Shown here one piece after another: positions 28,742 through 42,564 of a DNA stretch of 64,000 nucleotides. Source of the DNA: Chrysomallon squamiferum (taxonomy: Eukaryota > Animalia > Mollusca); assembly GCA_012295275.1 (NCBI GenBank), contig CM022673.1, positions 24,428,001-24,492,000 of the forward strand, read 5' to 3'. Under the pieces are notes generated by a model. The model was not told where the DNA came from and ran no database searches. It was given only the letters and a program-made list of their open reading frames with translations. Positions within the stretch are counted from its first letter, which is position 1. Every line of letters starts with the position of its first letter. The position numbers and the translations under genes are program-made.

Positions 28742-29476
28742 CAAAACTGAAAAGAAATTTAATTCTCTACCCGTCTTGCATATTAATTTTTAATTTAAAC
28801 TTTTAACTAAATAGACATTTAAAAATATAAATAAATTACGGATGCTTAATTAAAAATTTTTTTGTTTTATTTTATACAAGCACAATATATATATATATAG
28901 TAATAATTATATTAATATTTTATGTTTATGTTAATTATTAAAAATCATAAATGAAAAAAAAAGATTTGTTGAAAAGACTGATTATTGTTATGGAGATCAC
29001 CACTCTGCACAGAACTAATCGGATAATAATAATTCTTTTTTTCAGTTTTTTTTTTTTAACATTTCCTCCATATCATTAACGTAAGAATAAAATGGTTTGA
29101 ATTTAATTATTATATATGTATATATGAATATATATATATATATGTATTTAATATATAAACACAAGTGAAAATTCCAAAATAATAAACGTTTATTTTGTAT
29201 TTTTTAAATATCCATTTAATCAAAAAGACTAAAAATTAATCGTTAATAATATAAGTATTATAGCGGTGATGGTGTCAGTGATGACAATAAAGTTTATGAT
29301 TTTGAATAGTTTTAATAAAAAAACTGAAAAAGAAATTATTATTATTATTGTTATTATTATTGTTATTATTGTTGTTGTTATTATTATTATTATTATTGTT
29401 GTTGTTGTTGTTGTTATTATTATTATTATTATTGTTGTTGTTGTCGTTGTTATTATTATTATATAGCTTTTTGTTG

Positions 29477-29534
<58 letters not shown>

Positions 29535-29690
29535 CAATTAAAAGAGTTTAATAAAATTAAATAAAAACTGAAAAATAAATTTAAATCTACACCCGTCTTG
29601 CATATTAACGATTAATTTTATCTTTTGACTAAATAAATATTTAAATATATAAATAAATAACGTATGTTTAATTAAAATGTTTTGATTGTT
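28742..29690. repeat. Diverged ~120-bp direct duplication (about 28742-28860 and 29563-29680)
   Basis: AAAACTGAAAA...ACCCGTCTTGCATATTAA...CTTTT.ACTAAATA.A.ATTTAAA.ATATAAATAAAT.ACG.ATG.TTAATTAAAA is shared by both copies. Confidence 0.85.
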
Positions 29691-30899
29691 TTATATATAA
29701 TAATTTTAAAAATGTATTTATCTTGAGTATGATTAAAAACCATACAGACTTTATTAGTATTTATATCTGAATTTAAATAAAAATATATAAAATATTTAAT
29801 ATCTGTTAAACGGCTCTTTTAGTTCTTTCATTTCAGTTTATATGTGTGCGTGTGTGTCTGTATGTTTGTGTATGTGTATGTGTGTGTGTGTGTGTGTCTG
29901 TTTGTATGTATGTATGTGTGTGATACAAAATTTATGCGTTCTTACAATTTTTCGCAGTTTGTTTTATTTTGAATTTTTTTTTTTTTTTTAAATGTTTTTT
30001 ATATTTTATTATTAGTATTATTATTATTTTATCGAAATAGGATAACATCGTAAAAAAAATATTTCTCTGTCAATAATTTAGCGGATTCAGGCTTGTTCTT
30101 CACCTTCGATTTCCTTTGTGAGAAACGAACACAAAATACTTAGCGAAGTAACATATAATTATATTTTATATGGATTCTCTATAATTTCAGTTCATATATT
30201 CTGTGTGTGTGTGTGTGGGTGGGTTTATGTGTGTGTCTGTATTTGTGTCTGTTTGTTTGTCTGCTTTGTGTGTGTTTTTATGTGTTTTTATATGTGTGTG
30301 TGTGTGTGTTGATTTGTTTGTATGTGTTTGTATGTGTATGTATGTGTTTGTATGTGTTTGTGTATATGTTTGTGTGTGTGCATGCGTTTGTACTCTAAAG
30401 ATAAGCTAGAAAGACAAAAGAAATAAATCTTGTAATCATTACCTTACTACCGAAACCAAGATATAAGAGCAGACATTAGGGTTTGAATAAAAACCTTTTT
30501 CGACAAAAAAAAAAATAAAATAAAATCCACAAAACAAAAAAAAAAAAAAATTGAATATTGTGAGAGATATATATATTTTAATGATTTTTTTTTTCATTTC
30601 AACTACATACTCAGTTGGAAGACTGAAGACGTTGATGAATATTTAGAGGTGCAGTAGGCGTGGCTTAGTAAAGCCGTGCTGCTTGTAGCTCAGAGCGAGG
30701 TACAAGTCTCGTGCGCACGTGAGTTAGAAGCTGTGACGTGAACATGCAGCGAGATTGATGGGTGGCTTGTAATCAAACACTGATTGCTGAGAAAGGTTTT
30801 AGAAACGAAATCGCTTCTGTCCAGCTGCAAAACCAAATTATCCCAGTGTGAATAATGACTCGAAGTCAACATCTTGGGTTAACTCCTACCCATTTGTGC

Positions 30900-30948
<49 letters not shown>

Positions 30949-31266
30949 TGTGTGTCATCACTATCATCACAATTATTATTATTGCTACCATCCTCATCAT
31001 CATCGTTATTATTGTTACCATCATAATCATCATCGTTATTATTAACATCATCATCATCATTATTATTATTATTAACATCATCATCATCGTTATTATTATT
31101 ACCATCATCATATCATTATTATTATTACCACCATCATCATTATTATTATTATTATTATTACCATCATCATCATCATTATTATTATTATTACCATTATCAT
31201 TATCATCATTATTATTATTCTTCTTTCTTCTTCTTCCATTATCATTATTATCATCATGTTTGTTAA

Positions 31267-31321
<55 letters not shown>

Positions 31322-31933
31322 TTCCATAAAGTTCAGAGCTTCTCATTCTATCCTCCGCAGTTTCTCCGCGACTATTCAAACTTGTCTGATAACTACGTCA
31401 AAGCAATATTGATATTATGTGTACTGATTGTGTCCATCATTAACATTGTCAAAGGGTTCTGGTGTAAATGCGGAGGTGTGTAACTACATATACAGTTTCT
31501 TCTATTTGCTTCGCATATCTGCCTCTCGTTGATAATGTAATGAAATCACTAACTGGATTACAGAGAACTGGTAATGTGATACTAATGTTTTGTATCTTCG
31601 GCTACACTGATGTGAGGATACGGTAACATTAGGAAGAAGAAAAACTCATTTCTGGATCGTCTTCAAGAGGAGCGATCATTGTAATTCATCTTTACGTCAA
31701 GTTTGCAAACAACATTAAACACAATACGTTTGGTTTTAATGGTTAATGCCGATACAACTGAGTTTCCAGTGTTTTCGTTTCGTCAGTCGTAGACGTAAAT
31801 AAATTTACACAAGCACACTGAACAGAGTCTGTAAACCACTGTAATAGTTATTTGTCACTGTGACCGAAGTAATGTGGTATAAAATAAATAATGTGTTATT
31901 TTAGTAATGTATTGTTATTTTTGTTTCGCACAT

Positions 31934-32020
<87 letters not shown>

Positions 32021-32065
32021 AAAATTTAAAAAGTAGAACAGAAAAACAAAGAAAAGAATATCTGT

Positions 32066-32121
<56 letters not shown>

Positions 32122-34079
32122 GGGTCGGGTTAAGACATTTAGAAGACCTTAACACGATAAAAGATTTTTGTGTCCATTTTTTTATGTAATTCAAAATTTA
32201 ACAACAATAAATCATGAAATGAAATTTATTTTTCAAAAGGAAACAAAACTTACAAAAACCGAAAAATAATATTTATTTTTAATTGCAAAGTGTTTGGTCA
32301 GATCCTGAAATCAAATTTGGTTATTATTTTTTTAATAATATAATCTCTATTATAAATCTTAATATTATTGCTTTTTTATTATATAAATATATGTATATTT
32401 TTCATTTCTTATAGAGTTTTGGAGGCCCGTATATCTGGTTTCTGGTTCAGCAGCATCACTTACTCAAAATGGTTCTTGGAAAACATGGCTGTTGAAATTT
32501 TCTGTCGTGTCCAATTCCTTTGATGCCCTCTGCCCATGCTTATTTTTCCTAATGGTGCGTGTGCAAGTGTGTGTGTGAGTGTGTACGTGTGTGGGGGATG
32601 TGGATGTGTTTAAACGAGGAAACGATCTTTGTTTTTCTCGGGGTATTTTTTTAATGATAAAACAGTTTTCTGAAATAAACAAAATGTTCTGGAATTAACG
32701 CGCACGAAATAAATTTATCCTAGGTAAAAAAAAAAACACATTTAGTACCAATCCCCAGTATTAGTTAGTTAAATTAGTTGCGATTTCTGCAAACCAGCTT
32801 GAAGTAAACGGAAGAAAGTCATTATTTACAATTTTTTTAAATTATAAAGATAACAGTTTCAAATTTTTTATATTCCCTCAGGTAGTCTGATGTAGCTGTT
32901 TTGACATCACTTTTTAATGTTCGAACTGTAATTTCTTTTTAATTTTTTAATTATTATCATTATTTTATTATTTATTATTTTTAATATATTATTTTATTAT
33001 TTTTGTATTATTTTATTTTTAATTTTATTTTTATTTTTATTTTTATTTTTATTTTTATTTTTTCTTCCGTTAATTTTTATCGTCCTAAAGACATATGGAA
33101 ATGTCAAACGTTACCTAAGTAATTCATCGAGTAATTTTCCAATCAGAAGGTCAAGGTCATTTGGTTCAAATACAGCAGCCAACAGAAAATGCCTTGAAAT
33201 AAATTTCAGATGTTGACTTTTTAAAATTATTATTATTTTCAGATAACCCACACAGATTGTAATTCAGGTAAATTCAAATTATTTAATTTCGCAGATATTT
33301 AGAAATTTCCACGTCCCATTAACGTGGTTTTCTAAAGAAATTAATTAAATGAATTTAAGAAAAAAAAAAATATTATAATTATTTTAAATTTCTCATATCA
33401 TTTAGTTAAATTTTTGTTTCCTGGGAAAAAAAAAAAAAAGTAGAAAAAAAACCGCGCACACCTCAGCTGAAATTTTTGTAAAATTTTTATTGTAACGTCT
33501 TTAATAAAGAAAATGCAAACTAAAAATTCTGTTTATCTTCAGATACTTTTTCTGAGATATTTATCACAATTCAACACTGAGTCTGTATTTTCCGATCATG
33601 CTCAAGTCGGTTATTTACTTTTATTTCATTTTCACAAAGTATTTTATATATTTTAGCTATTTTAAAGAAAAAAATATATATATATATATTTCAAAGTTTA
33701 TTTTTATATTAATTACAAGTACATAAACAACAAATCAACAATTGCCTGTCAAAAACTAACGAAGACATTTAAGTTAATAAAATAAATAAATTAAAAAAAA
33801 AAGACGACACAAATTTTCAACAAATCCATTTTGTCAAAAAATATTTTTATTTAAAATTAACCGTTTGTTTTTTTTTCAGCTGTATTACCTGAAGACAAAT
33901 TTAAAAATTTCTGACTGTTTGGAGTTTTATTTTATTATTATTCTTTGTTTTTGGGGAGGAGAATTACTGAAGGATCTAGGATGAGGCAAATCTCGGAATC
34001 CTATATTCTAACGTAATAAAGCAAATTTGAAGTCATGATGACGTCACTTTCGTAAAACCCTAATTTCATCAAAAGAGAC

Positions 34080-34116
<37 letters not shown>

Positions 34117-35654
34117 ATGGTATTAGTGTTATGTTAATTAAACTGTTCTGAAAATAAAAGATATAAAATTATCTCATGAACATCAGATAAAAAAAAAGAA
34201 ACGTATTAAAGAATAATTTAAGTTTTTATTTCTATTATTTTTCGTTGTTTATTTTTCGTTTTTCTTCTAAATATCTTTCTTTACGACTGTGTGTAACCAA
34301 CAGATAAGTCAGCACGTAAATTGAGACAAACACAGATCAACGCATAATGACTGAGGGCGCAATATATTCACAGCTCAACGTTATCAAAATTTTACTGAAA
34401 TCTTAAACAATCTGCTTCTGTTTTGTTTTCTTGTTCTTCACTGGAACGCTGATTTCTGATGTAGATGATATCAGAAATAAAAAGGTAACAGAAAATGATA
34501 GATTACATCCCAAAAATAAAACTGAGATGTTAGATTAGATTTCAGACAAGTTCTGTGGTTCTGTAATTGCGAGCCAGTGAAATTTTAATAAATCTTAACT
34601 TCGTGTTTTGGTGTCAAATGTTATTCTTCTTGTGAAGCAGGGCAGAACAAAGTATCTGAAAATAGGCTGTTTACTTCATTCTCTGTTTTAATGATCATTT
34701 ATTTTTCAAATCAAAAAGAATTAATAATAAGACTGAAGGAAGCTAAAATAAAAAAAAATAGTAATAAAAATAAAAATAACTCGTACAAATAAATAAATTA
34801 ACATCACTTTTAAAATCTGGTTAATGCATTTCATTCTACACGGCATAAATCTGAAATAATTGCCAACAGAGCGACTGTTTAAATCTCTGTATTAATTAAA
34901 AATCAAAAATGATTTATGCGATTTACAAAACTTTTTTTTTTTTATTTATTTTTTTATTTATTTATTTATTATTTCTATCGTAGCAGTATGAAAATAACGA
35001 AAATGTGATGTGAAAAGATATTAATTTTCACAATTATTAAGCAGCAATTTTTTATTTTTTTTTTATTTTATTTTAAATTTAAAGAAAAACGTTTTGAAAG
35101 TTGCGACACCTGAGTTAACAGTCCTGCATCTTACGTCACGGGTACTTTGCCTTCAAGTCACGTTTTAAGTAAATCAGTGCAGAGGTTAGTAATTAGACTC
35201 ATAATTTATTCACGACTGTTTTTCTCAATCGCAACCAGGATCCGGACTGGAGCAATCAGCTCAGCTTCTGTTCAGACATTCATCACAGATATTAGCTGAC
35301 CGGTTTCAGTGTGACAAATCTTGTGGTCAGTTTAACAGCGGGTGTCCTGGTTTGTCCATCCTCTACCACCACGATGATACTTCCTGTGACAAACTGACCA
35401 GACTATGAGCCAGATTTGACAAAAATCTTTAAAACAGTTTTCCATTGAAGAACCTGCTGACTTACGTTGCGTGTGTGTGTGTAAGTTAATTCAGACTCTG
35501 TGAATTCAGAACAAGTTCTGTTTTTAAAGTCTGCTAAAAAAAAATCATTTTTATTTTACAAATTAAATAATTTGATGAAACTTTGTTGTAAAATATCGGG
35601 TTTTGATGATGGGTTTGTTTATGTTTAATACAATCAAATGAAACTGCCGAATAA

Positions 35655-35687
<33 letters not shown>

Positions 35688-37646
35688 TTACTATATTTTA
35701 TGCTAATAAAGAACATCAGTGGCATTACCTTAAATTAATGCACTCCAAAACAGAAATTGCTTTTTTTTTTAATTTTTTTTTTTTTTTTTTTTTTTATTTT
35801 TATTATAATAATATTATATCTATCCATTAACTCTTTATTCTAATTGTATATAGAGTACATTCACATTTACACACATATTCTTTAGTCGGTTAACAATTTT
35901 TAAACAACTAGACAGCACTGATAGGTTCATCACCTTGTTTTGCACCAGAGATGAATCATTTCGCGTAATGTCAGTAAGTTTAAACCCGCGAAACCGACTG
36001 TTAACAATTATAATTCACTTCCGGGTCAGCGGGTGACCCCAGCGAGAAGCAATAATAACTAGCAGCAGACGAGCACAGCGTGAACAATGGACAAGTTTGA
36101 AAACGGGTGATCGCCGTGGTGCAGGGTGATTTAAACAAGAAATAATAATTAGACGTCTGTAACCGTGTTAAACAACAAACATTGCAGACGTCTGACAAAT
36201 CAGTGACGTCATGTATCAGTTATTATTAGCAGCAGATAACGAAGTTAATGATTAACATGAAAACATTTGCTAAGAAAGTCTGAAGATATAAGTGAGAGTT
36301 ACATCAACAATCTTTAGCGCGTCCTGTACGTTATTTCCAGTTCCAGACGATGTCATCACGGGATTAGTAAAATAACATGATAAGTGGCTTTCCTCTGAAT
36401 CTACAAATAAAAACATATCTTTGTCCTCAAAAGCAGAATTCTCATTTCGTCTGAACTGAAACAATTATATATATATATATATATATATATGTTTATTTAT
36501 TCATTATATTAAGAAGGAATCAGAAAGCAACATTAGAAATATTTAAATATTTGTCAAAAGTCGCCAAGCTGGTGGATAATTTTAACTCTTTATTTATTTA
36601 TTTATTTGTCTCTTTGTTTGTTTTTGTTTGTTTGTTTGTTTTTGCATTGCATCAATTAAATTAACTAACTAACTACAGATATTTGTGAGTTTATTGAGTG
36701 TATTCAACAGAGAAGATATAATGGATCACAGTACAAAGTATTCAGAAACAAAGACTGTAATAATGTGAACACTAAATACTAATATTACAATCATATAGCA
36801 ACATTCCTTAGCTACTCTGCTTCAGAAACAGTTATCTGTTTGATCATCATTATCATCATAATCATGTTCTCTGTATTATTATTATTATTATCATCATCAT
36901 CATCAAAAATGTTATCATCACCTCATTACCATCATCATCATCATCATTATTATTGTTGCTGTTGCTGTTGTTGTTGTTGTTGATATTGATATTGTTGTTG
37001 TTATTATTATTATTATTATTATTACTATTATCTTTATTATTATTATCATTATCTATATTCTTAGTACTAAACTGCCATAAGTACTACTATTTCTATTACT
37101 ACTACTACTACTGCTACTACTATTATAATTCCATTAACATCGTAACATTATAATTCCATTAACATCGTCTTCTGTATCAATATAATTATTTCGCGTCTCA
37201 CAGTTACACAGTCTTTAATGGATTTTTCTGTCATCGACAGCGTAGAGGGAGAAGAGAGCGTGGAAACAACGTGTGTGTGTGCGTGCGTGTGTGCTTGTGT
37301 GTGTGTGTGCGTGCGATAACGTTTAATGTTACTTCATAAGAGAATGCATTGAATAATTTACGTTACTAAATTTTTTTTAAATTTATAAACGAACATCATT
37401 TGTATTTAATGACAAACGATTTCAAATGAGTAAATATGGAAATTAATCGTATTAAAATGTAATGAACTGTCCGCCCTGTTTAATTTAGCCGAAATGTTTT
37501 ATTTAGAATGAAAGTCTGTCGTCATTAATCAAATAAAGCTAAACAGCCTGTTTTCTTCTTTGTACATATATATAGATGTATTTTAAATAACAGTATTTTA
37601 TGTGTATTACAAACCAGCAATAACATAACAATAATAATAATAATAA

Positions 37647-37736
<90 letters not shown>
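37647..37736. repeat. (AAT)n(ATT)n spacerless palindrome, ~45-bp arms
   Basis: An AAT run flips to an ATT run exactly between 37691 and 37692. Confidence 0.9.
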
Positions 37737-37745
<9 letters not shown>

Positions 37746-38872
37746 ATGATAATAATGATAATATATTATTATTATTATAATGATAATGATTATAATAATT
37801 ATAATGATGATGATGATGATAACAATAATATATACTGTAACATTTTTCTTCTTTTTTTATAGGATTTTTTTTGTTTTCTTTTTTATAGGATTTTTTTGTG
37901 GGGGTTATGGTGGGTGCGGTTTTGTTTTTGTTTTTGTTTTTGTTTTTGTTTTTATTTTTGTTTTGTTTTGTTTTTGCTTTGTTTGTTTTTGGTTTTGTGT
38001 TTGTTTTTTGTTTTTAACCTACATTTACAAAAAAAAAAAAAAAAATAATAATAATAATAATAATAATAATAATTAACAACAGGTAAGCCTGACCATGTTA
38101 TTTCAAGCGAGCATCAAACAACCTCAACCGACTTGTGTAAATAATGACATCTGACTGTTTGACGCTTTTTCCAGTCTCGGGAAATTAGCACCCTCAGCAT
38201 TGTGCTTTATTTCCTTTGATTTCGTCGTATCGGCGTTTAACTCGTCCTAAATGACAATAAATTTGAATTAAACTTCACGTACGGGTCTTCGCATCTCCAC
38301 AATTAGAAAATTCAGATAGAAGCGACGCAATTAAGCGCGTGTGACGACGTGGGAAGCCAGCAGAGTTCCTATTCATTTCTCAGTCGGCTGTCATTGTAGC
38401 GGGCAAAAATAAAGTGATTTCGGCGCAAGCTTAGCAAGGTTTGCTGTGTTACCAAAATTTCGGTATTTGAATGTGGAAAATGAAGAATTGTGTATCTGTA
38501 CATCACTGATTATGTAATTACCAAATTTATTTAACTTTTGGTGCTGTTCGATTTTTATTTCTGTAACAGTTCTTTTATTTTATTTATTTATTTATTTATT
38601 TATTTTATTTTATTTTTTATTTTTTTTATTATTATTATTATTATTTTTTTTTTTTTACCGTTTAAAATTAAAACATGTATTGTGAACTTAAATATTTTAT
38701 TATTTTATTTTAATTTATTTTATTTTATTTTATTTATATAGACATCTTAATTTTGGGGACTAGTTCATTTTCATTTCTGAAAGTCGCAGATTGTTGATTT
38801 TGAGAGAAATAGTTTAAAAATAATAATAATATTTACCACATGTTTAATAAGTACAAAACTGTCATGAAAAAT

Positions 38873-38941
<69 letters not shown>

Positions 38942-40033
38942 ACTTACTTATTTGCAGCGTAATTTTGGTTTCAGATATACGGAAGCATTATCGCATAGAC
39001 TGAACTGTTTACAGTTTTCACTGAAAAATGTTTGTCAAACGTATTATTTATTTTGCTTCATCGATTTTTCTACGTTCAGCGTCGTTTTCTACATAAAGGG
39101 AATCAGAATAACGTTTTTTTTTTTCTTACCTACATTAGAGAAGTCTAATTTGTAATTAGCAAAATGCTGAAACGACAGAGGGGTGGGGGGGGGAGAAAGA
39201 CAGGACACGTGACGTTCTACGTATTTCAGTTTAGCGCAAACCCGAAAAGCGAAAAGCGAAAAACGAAAAACGAGTACTAGCCAATATCCATCGTTATGAT
39301 TTACACAGTAAAAAGCAATGTGTACTTGAATGAAATGAACTTATTACTATGCAGGGCTCAGTTTGTGTACGTAGCAGAATTTTTACGTTTTTTCTACTCA
39401 ATGAGCTCAGCAGTATTTTTCTGTGATTTGGGTGTTCACACATGATGTCAAAAATTGTCAGCCTCATTTGTTATAATTCTTTATCAGATAATATACATTT
39501 GACTTTTACTGAAAGTTTCTTGAATCAAAAACTTTCAGTATCTTTTTTAGGAAGTTTTTTCTCTTTTTATTATTATTATTATTTTTTTTGCCATTTTATT
39601 ATTTTTAAAATTCCTAAGCAGATTAAACCTTTTTTTGTCGACAGATAAAAAACCCTGTTATGTCCATATATTAATAGATTTTATTTTCAGTGTTTGCATG
39701 CAGTGTTATAGGCACCGATTATAATGTAATTCAAGATTCAGTTCGTTAAACCTTTTAAAGCAACGTATTATATATAATTTTAACACAGATATTTTCTCTT
39801 CTACAAGCTCATTTCACTTTGATGGTTTTGTGTTTTAGCCAACAACAGCGGTGTGGTAGCATTCTTTCACTGTTTGTTTAGTGGTTTATTTTATATTTAT
39901 TTTGATGTATTTTTAAAATTTATTTTATTTTATTTTATTTTTTTTATTTTATTTTATTTTGTTTTGTTTTGTTTTGTTTTGTTTTGTTTTGTTTTGTTTT
40001 GTTTTGTTTTGTTTTATTTTATTTTATTTTATT

Positions 40034-40084
<51 letters not shown>

Positions 40085-40670
40085 CTTACTTACTTACTAC
40101 TTACTTACTTATTTATTTTATTTTTTATTTAATCTGATCGGGAATTGTTCAATTTTAGGATTAAATAAAATCTAAACTTTGAAAAATGTAATTTTATTTC
40201 TATGAAGTTAGAACTCTGTCTTAACCGTAGTTAGACTCTGCGAAGGAATAGTTTATAATTATTTACTATTGCGGTGTTAATGTGATAATTCTGAACTGTT
40301 GATAAGACATATTTATCTGTGTTAATTAATGTTTTCCTAAATGATACAGAGAAAATCATTTCGCATCTAAGTGTATTTCGAAACAAATCTTAAATATTTT
40401 ATACAATATTATTCTTACATCTGACTAAAATTTTAACCGAGCTGTCTTATAATTTTAACTAAATAAACATTACAAACCAAAATGACATGATATCGTTCAC
40501 GTTTGAAATATTAATTAGGTTAGAAATTTTCATTTTTGAGGCTTCACCTCCATTGTATTCGGCCAGGACTCTTGTCATTTGAAAACGTTAACAAGAAACC
40601 AAAATATTAGCTTTAACAACTTTGATTAGACACCGATCAAAACTGAGAGGCTGTAGAATCCTTGCAAGTG

Positions 40671-40780
40671 AACCAATCATTCAATTGAACAGGAGATTAA
40701 ACTGTAATATCATCGTATAAACAAAGCCCTACTTGTTTCTTGCTCGTATATAAATGGATATGATCAAGAAATCGTCGCAA
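40671..40780 (+). promoter_or_regulatory. Core promoter of the homeobox gene (CCAAT box + TATA box)
   Basis: AACCAATCA at 40671-40679 and TATATAAA at 40747-40754, about 60 bp before the ATG at 40809. TSS is expected near 40778. Confidence 0.65.
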
Positions 40781-40808
40781 ATACGCATCGAGACTCAGAC
40801 TGCGTGAA

Positions 40809-41082
40809 ATGTTGTCGTTCGAAACCACCAGCACGTTGGCGATGGAATCAAACGAGGAGAAAACGTCCGGGGAAACCCAACAAACCAACTTAGGTCAGGC
40901 CGAAGCGCGGGAAAACGATTCGGAGGTCGCCTGGCCTGTCGCTAGCAGTCAAAGCGAGACAACTCCAAATTCAAGACTGAAGTTTTCCATTTCTGCTCTG
41001 CTAGATTTACCCGATTCAAAAAGCAACGCAGAACAAACTGCAGAGACGAGCAAACTGCACGTGACTGGATTTAAAAGAAAGG
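40809..41082 (+). CDS. Homeobox gene coding exon 1 (contains eh1 motif FSISALL at 40983-41003)
   Basis: ATG at 40809 (alternative in-frame ATG at 40842). Reads [18 protein letters not shown]...[13 protein letters not shown]...GFKRK. Donor AAGG|GTAAAA at 41083 is phase 1, matching exon 2. Confidence 0.85.
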
Positions 41083-41254
41083 GTAAAATTATTTATAGTT
41101 TGTACATTAACGAGCTTTCATGCAGTATTTTATTATAATAAAATTAATTTTGAAAGATTAAAAACTAAACTAGAATATGCAAAAGTGAACTATTTTTATT
41201 ATATTTCAGTTAGCAGAACTTCCGAATGTCAGTGTATTAATGAATGAAAAGAAA

Positions 41255-41316
<62 letters not shown>

Positions 41317-41833
41317 CCCTTTTATACTGTCGTTATTAAACATGGATACATCTTTAGTTTCTACTAATAAAACAAAACAGCTACGAATGACAAGAAAAAA
41401 AAAAAAACAACTAAAGGAACGATGTTTTTAAAATTTGTATTACGTCACTGTGATATTTTTTTGATTTTCGATGATTTTAAAGAGCCAGGTAAACAGTCTG
41501 TTATTAACAAGTGTTATAAGCAGGCAGAGAACGCCGTTTTAGATCAAACTGAAGAAATGACAACGTCATCGCTATTATAATTTTTTGTTTTCGCAGACGA
41601 ACGTTGTTGTGATTTTGTTGACTCCTCCATCGCCGACATCAGCACCAAAGGCAAAAGAAACAGAACTACGTTTTCTACACGACAAATACAGGAGCTGGAC
41701 CGAGCGTTCAGAAAAACTCACTACCCCGACATCTTCATGAGAGAAAAACTCGCCAACAAAATTAAATTACCAGAATCAAGGATCCAAGTTAGACTTTTAA
41801 ATATTATTATTATTTTTTAATTATTACATAAAA

Positions 41834-41868
<35 letters not shown>

Positions 41869-42184
41869 ACAAATAAATAAATAAAAGCTTTAAAAGTTCT
41901 TAGAATGTAAGCATAGTTAATTACTCAGTTTCATTTGTTTGTATCTGAGAGTGTCTGTTTAACGCATCACTCACTGTATGTTTATTAATGTACTAGATGG
42001 AGCTCGTTAGATTTTAATTACAACTGCCGAATTAATGTTTCCTCATAGTTTATTTCGTACATTCAGTAAACAAAATCAGATTATTTGTTTTTAACTGTAT
42101 GATACATTATAATGTTTTATGCTAAATTAGGTTATAGATAAATCAGATGCTGTATTGTTTTAATGAATATTAAGAATTGTTTCA

Positions 42185-42244
<60 letters not shown>

Positions 42245-42511
42245 ATATATATATATATATATATACTTAAACAAAAATCACAATAAGTATATGTGTGTGT
42301 TTACTGTTAATGTGGATGTTGGATGTTACTAGGTGTGGTTTCAAAATCGGAGAGCTAAGTGGAGAAAGAAAGAAAAACAATGTCAAGCTTTGTCTTTAAG
42401 CGGATATAGAGTTACGTGCCCTTTATCGTGGCAACATACAGGACCGACAACTCTTCATATGGTGAGTTAATGATTTTTTTGTCTGTTTATTTTTGTTTTC
42501 TGCACACAAAC

Positions 42512-42564
<53 letters not shown>

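Noticed and set aside
30625-30720. WKTEDVDEYLE (SAM-domain-start-like) after an AG, and A-box-like TGGCTTAGT/TAGCTCAG words
   Set aside because: The frame stops after 13 codons, the donor is weak, there are no partner exons, and there is no B-box for a tRNA or SINE.
40697-40888. Minus-strand ORF overlapping homeobox exon 1
   Set aside because: It is an antisense shadow of the real exon and promoter.
41650-42374. Naming the homeobox gene otp or rx
   Set aside because: The match to each is only partial. It lacks Otp's RHRTRFTPAQ and WKKRK, Rx's KSHYPDVYSRE, and the OAR motif.
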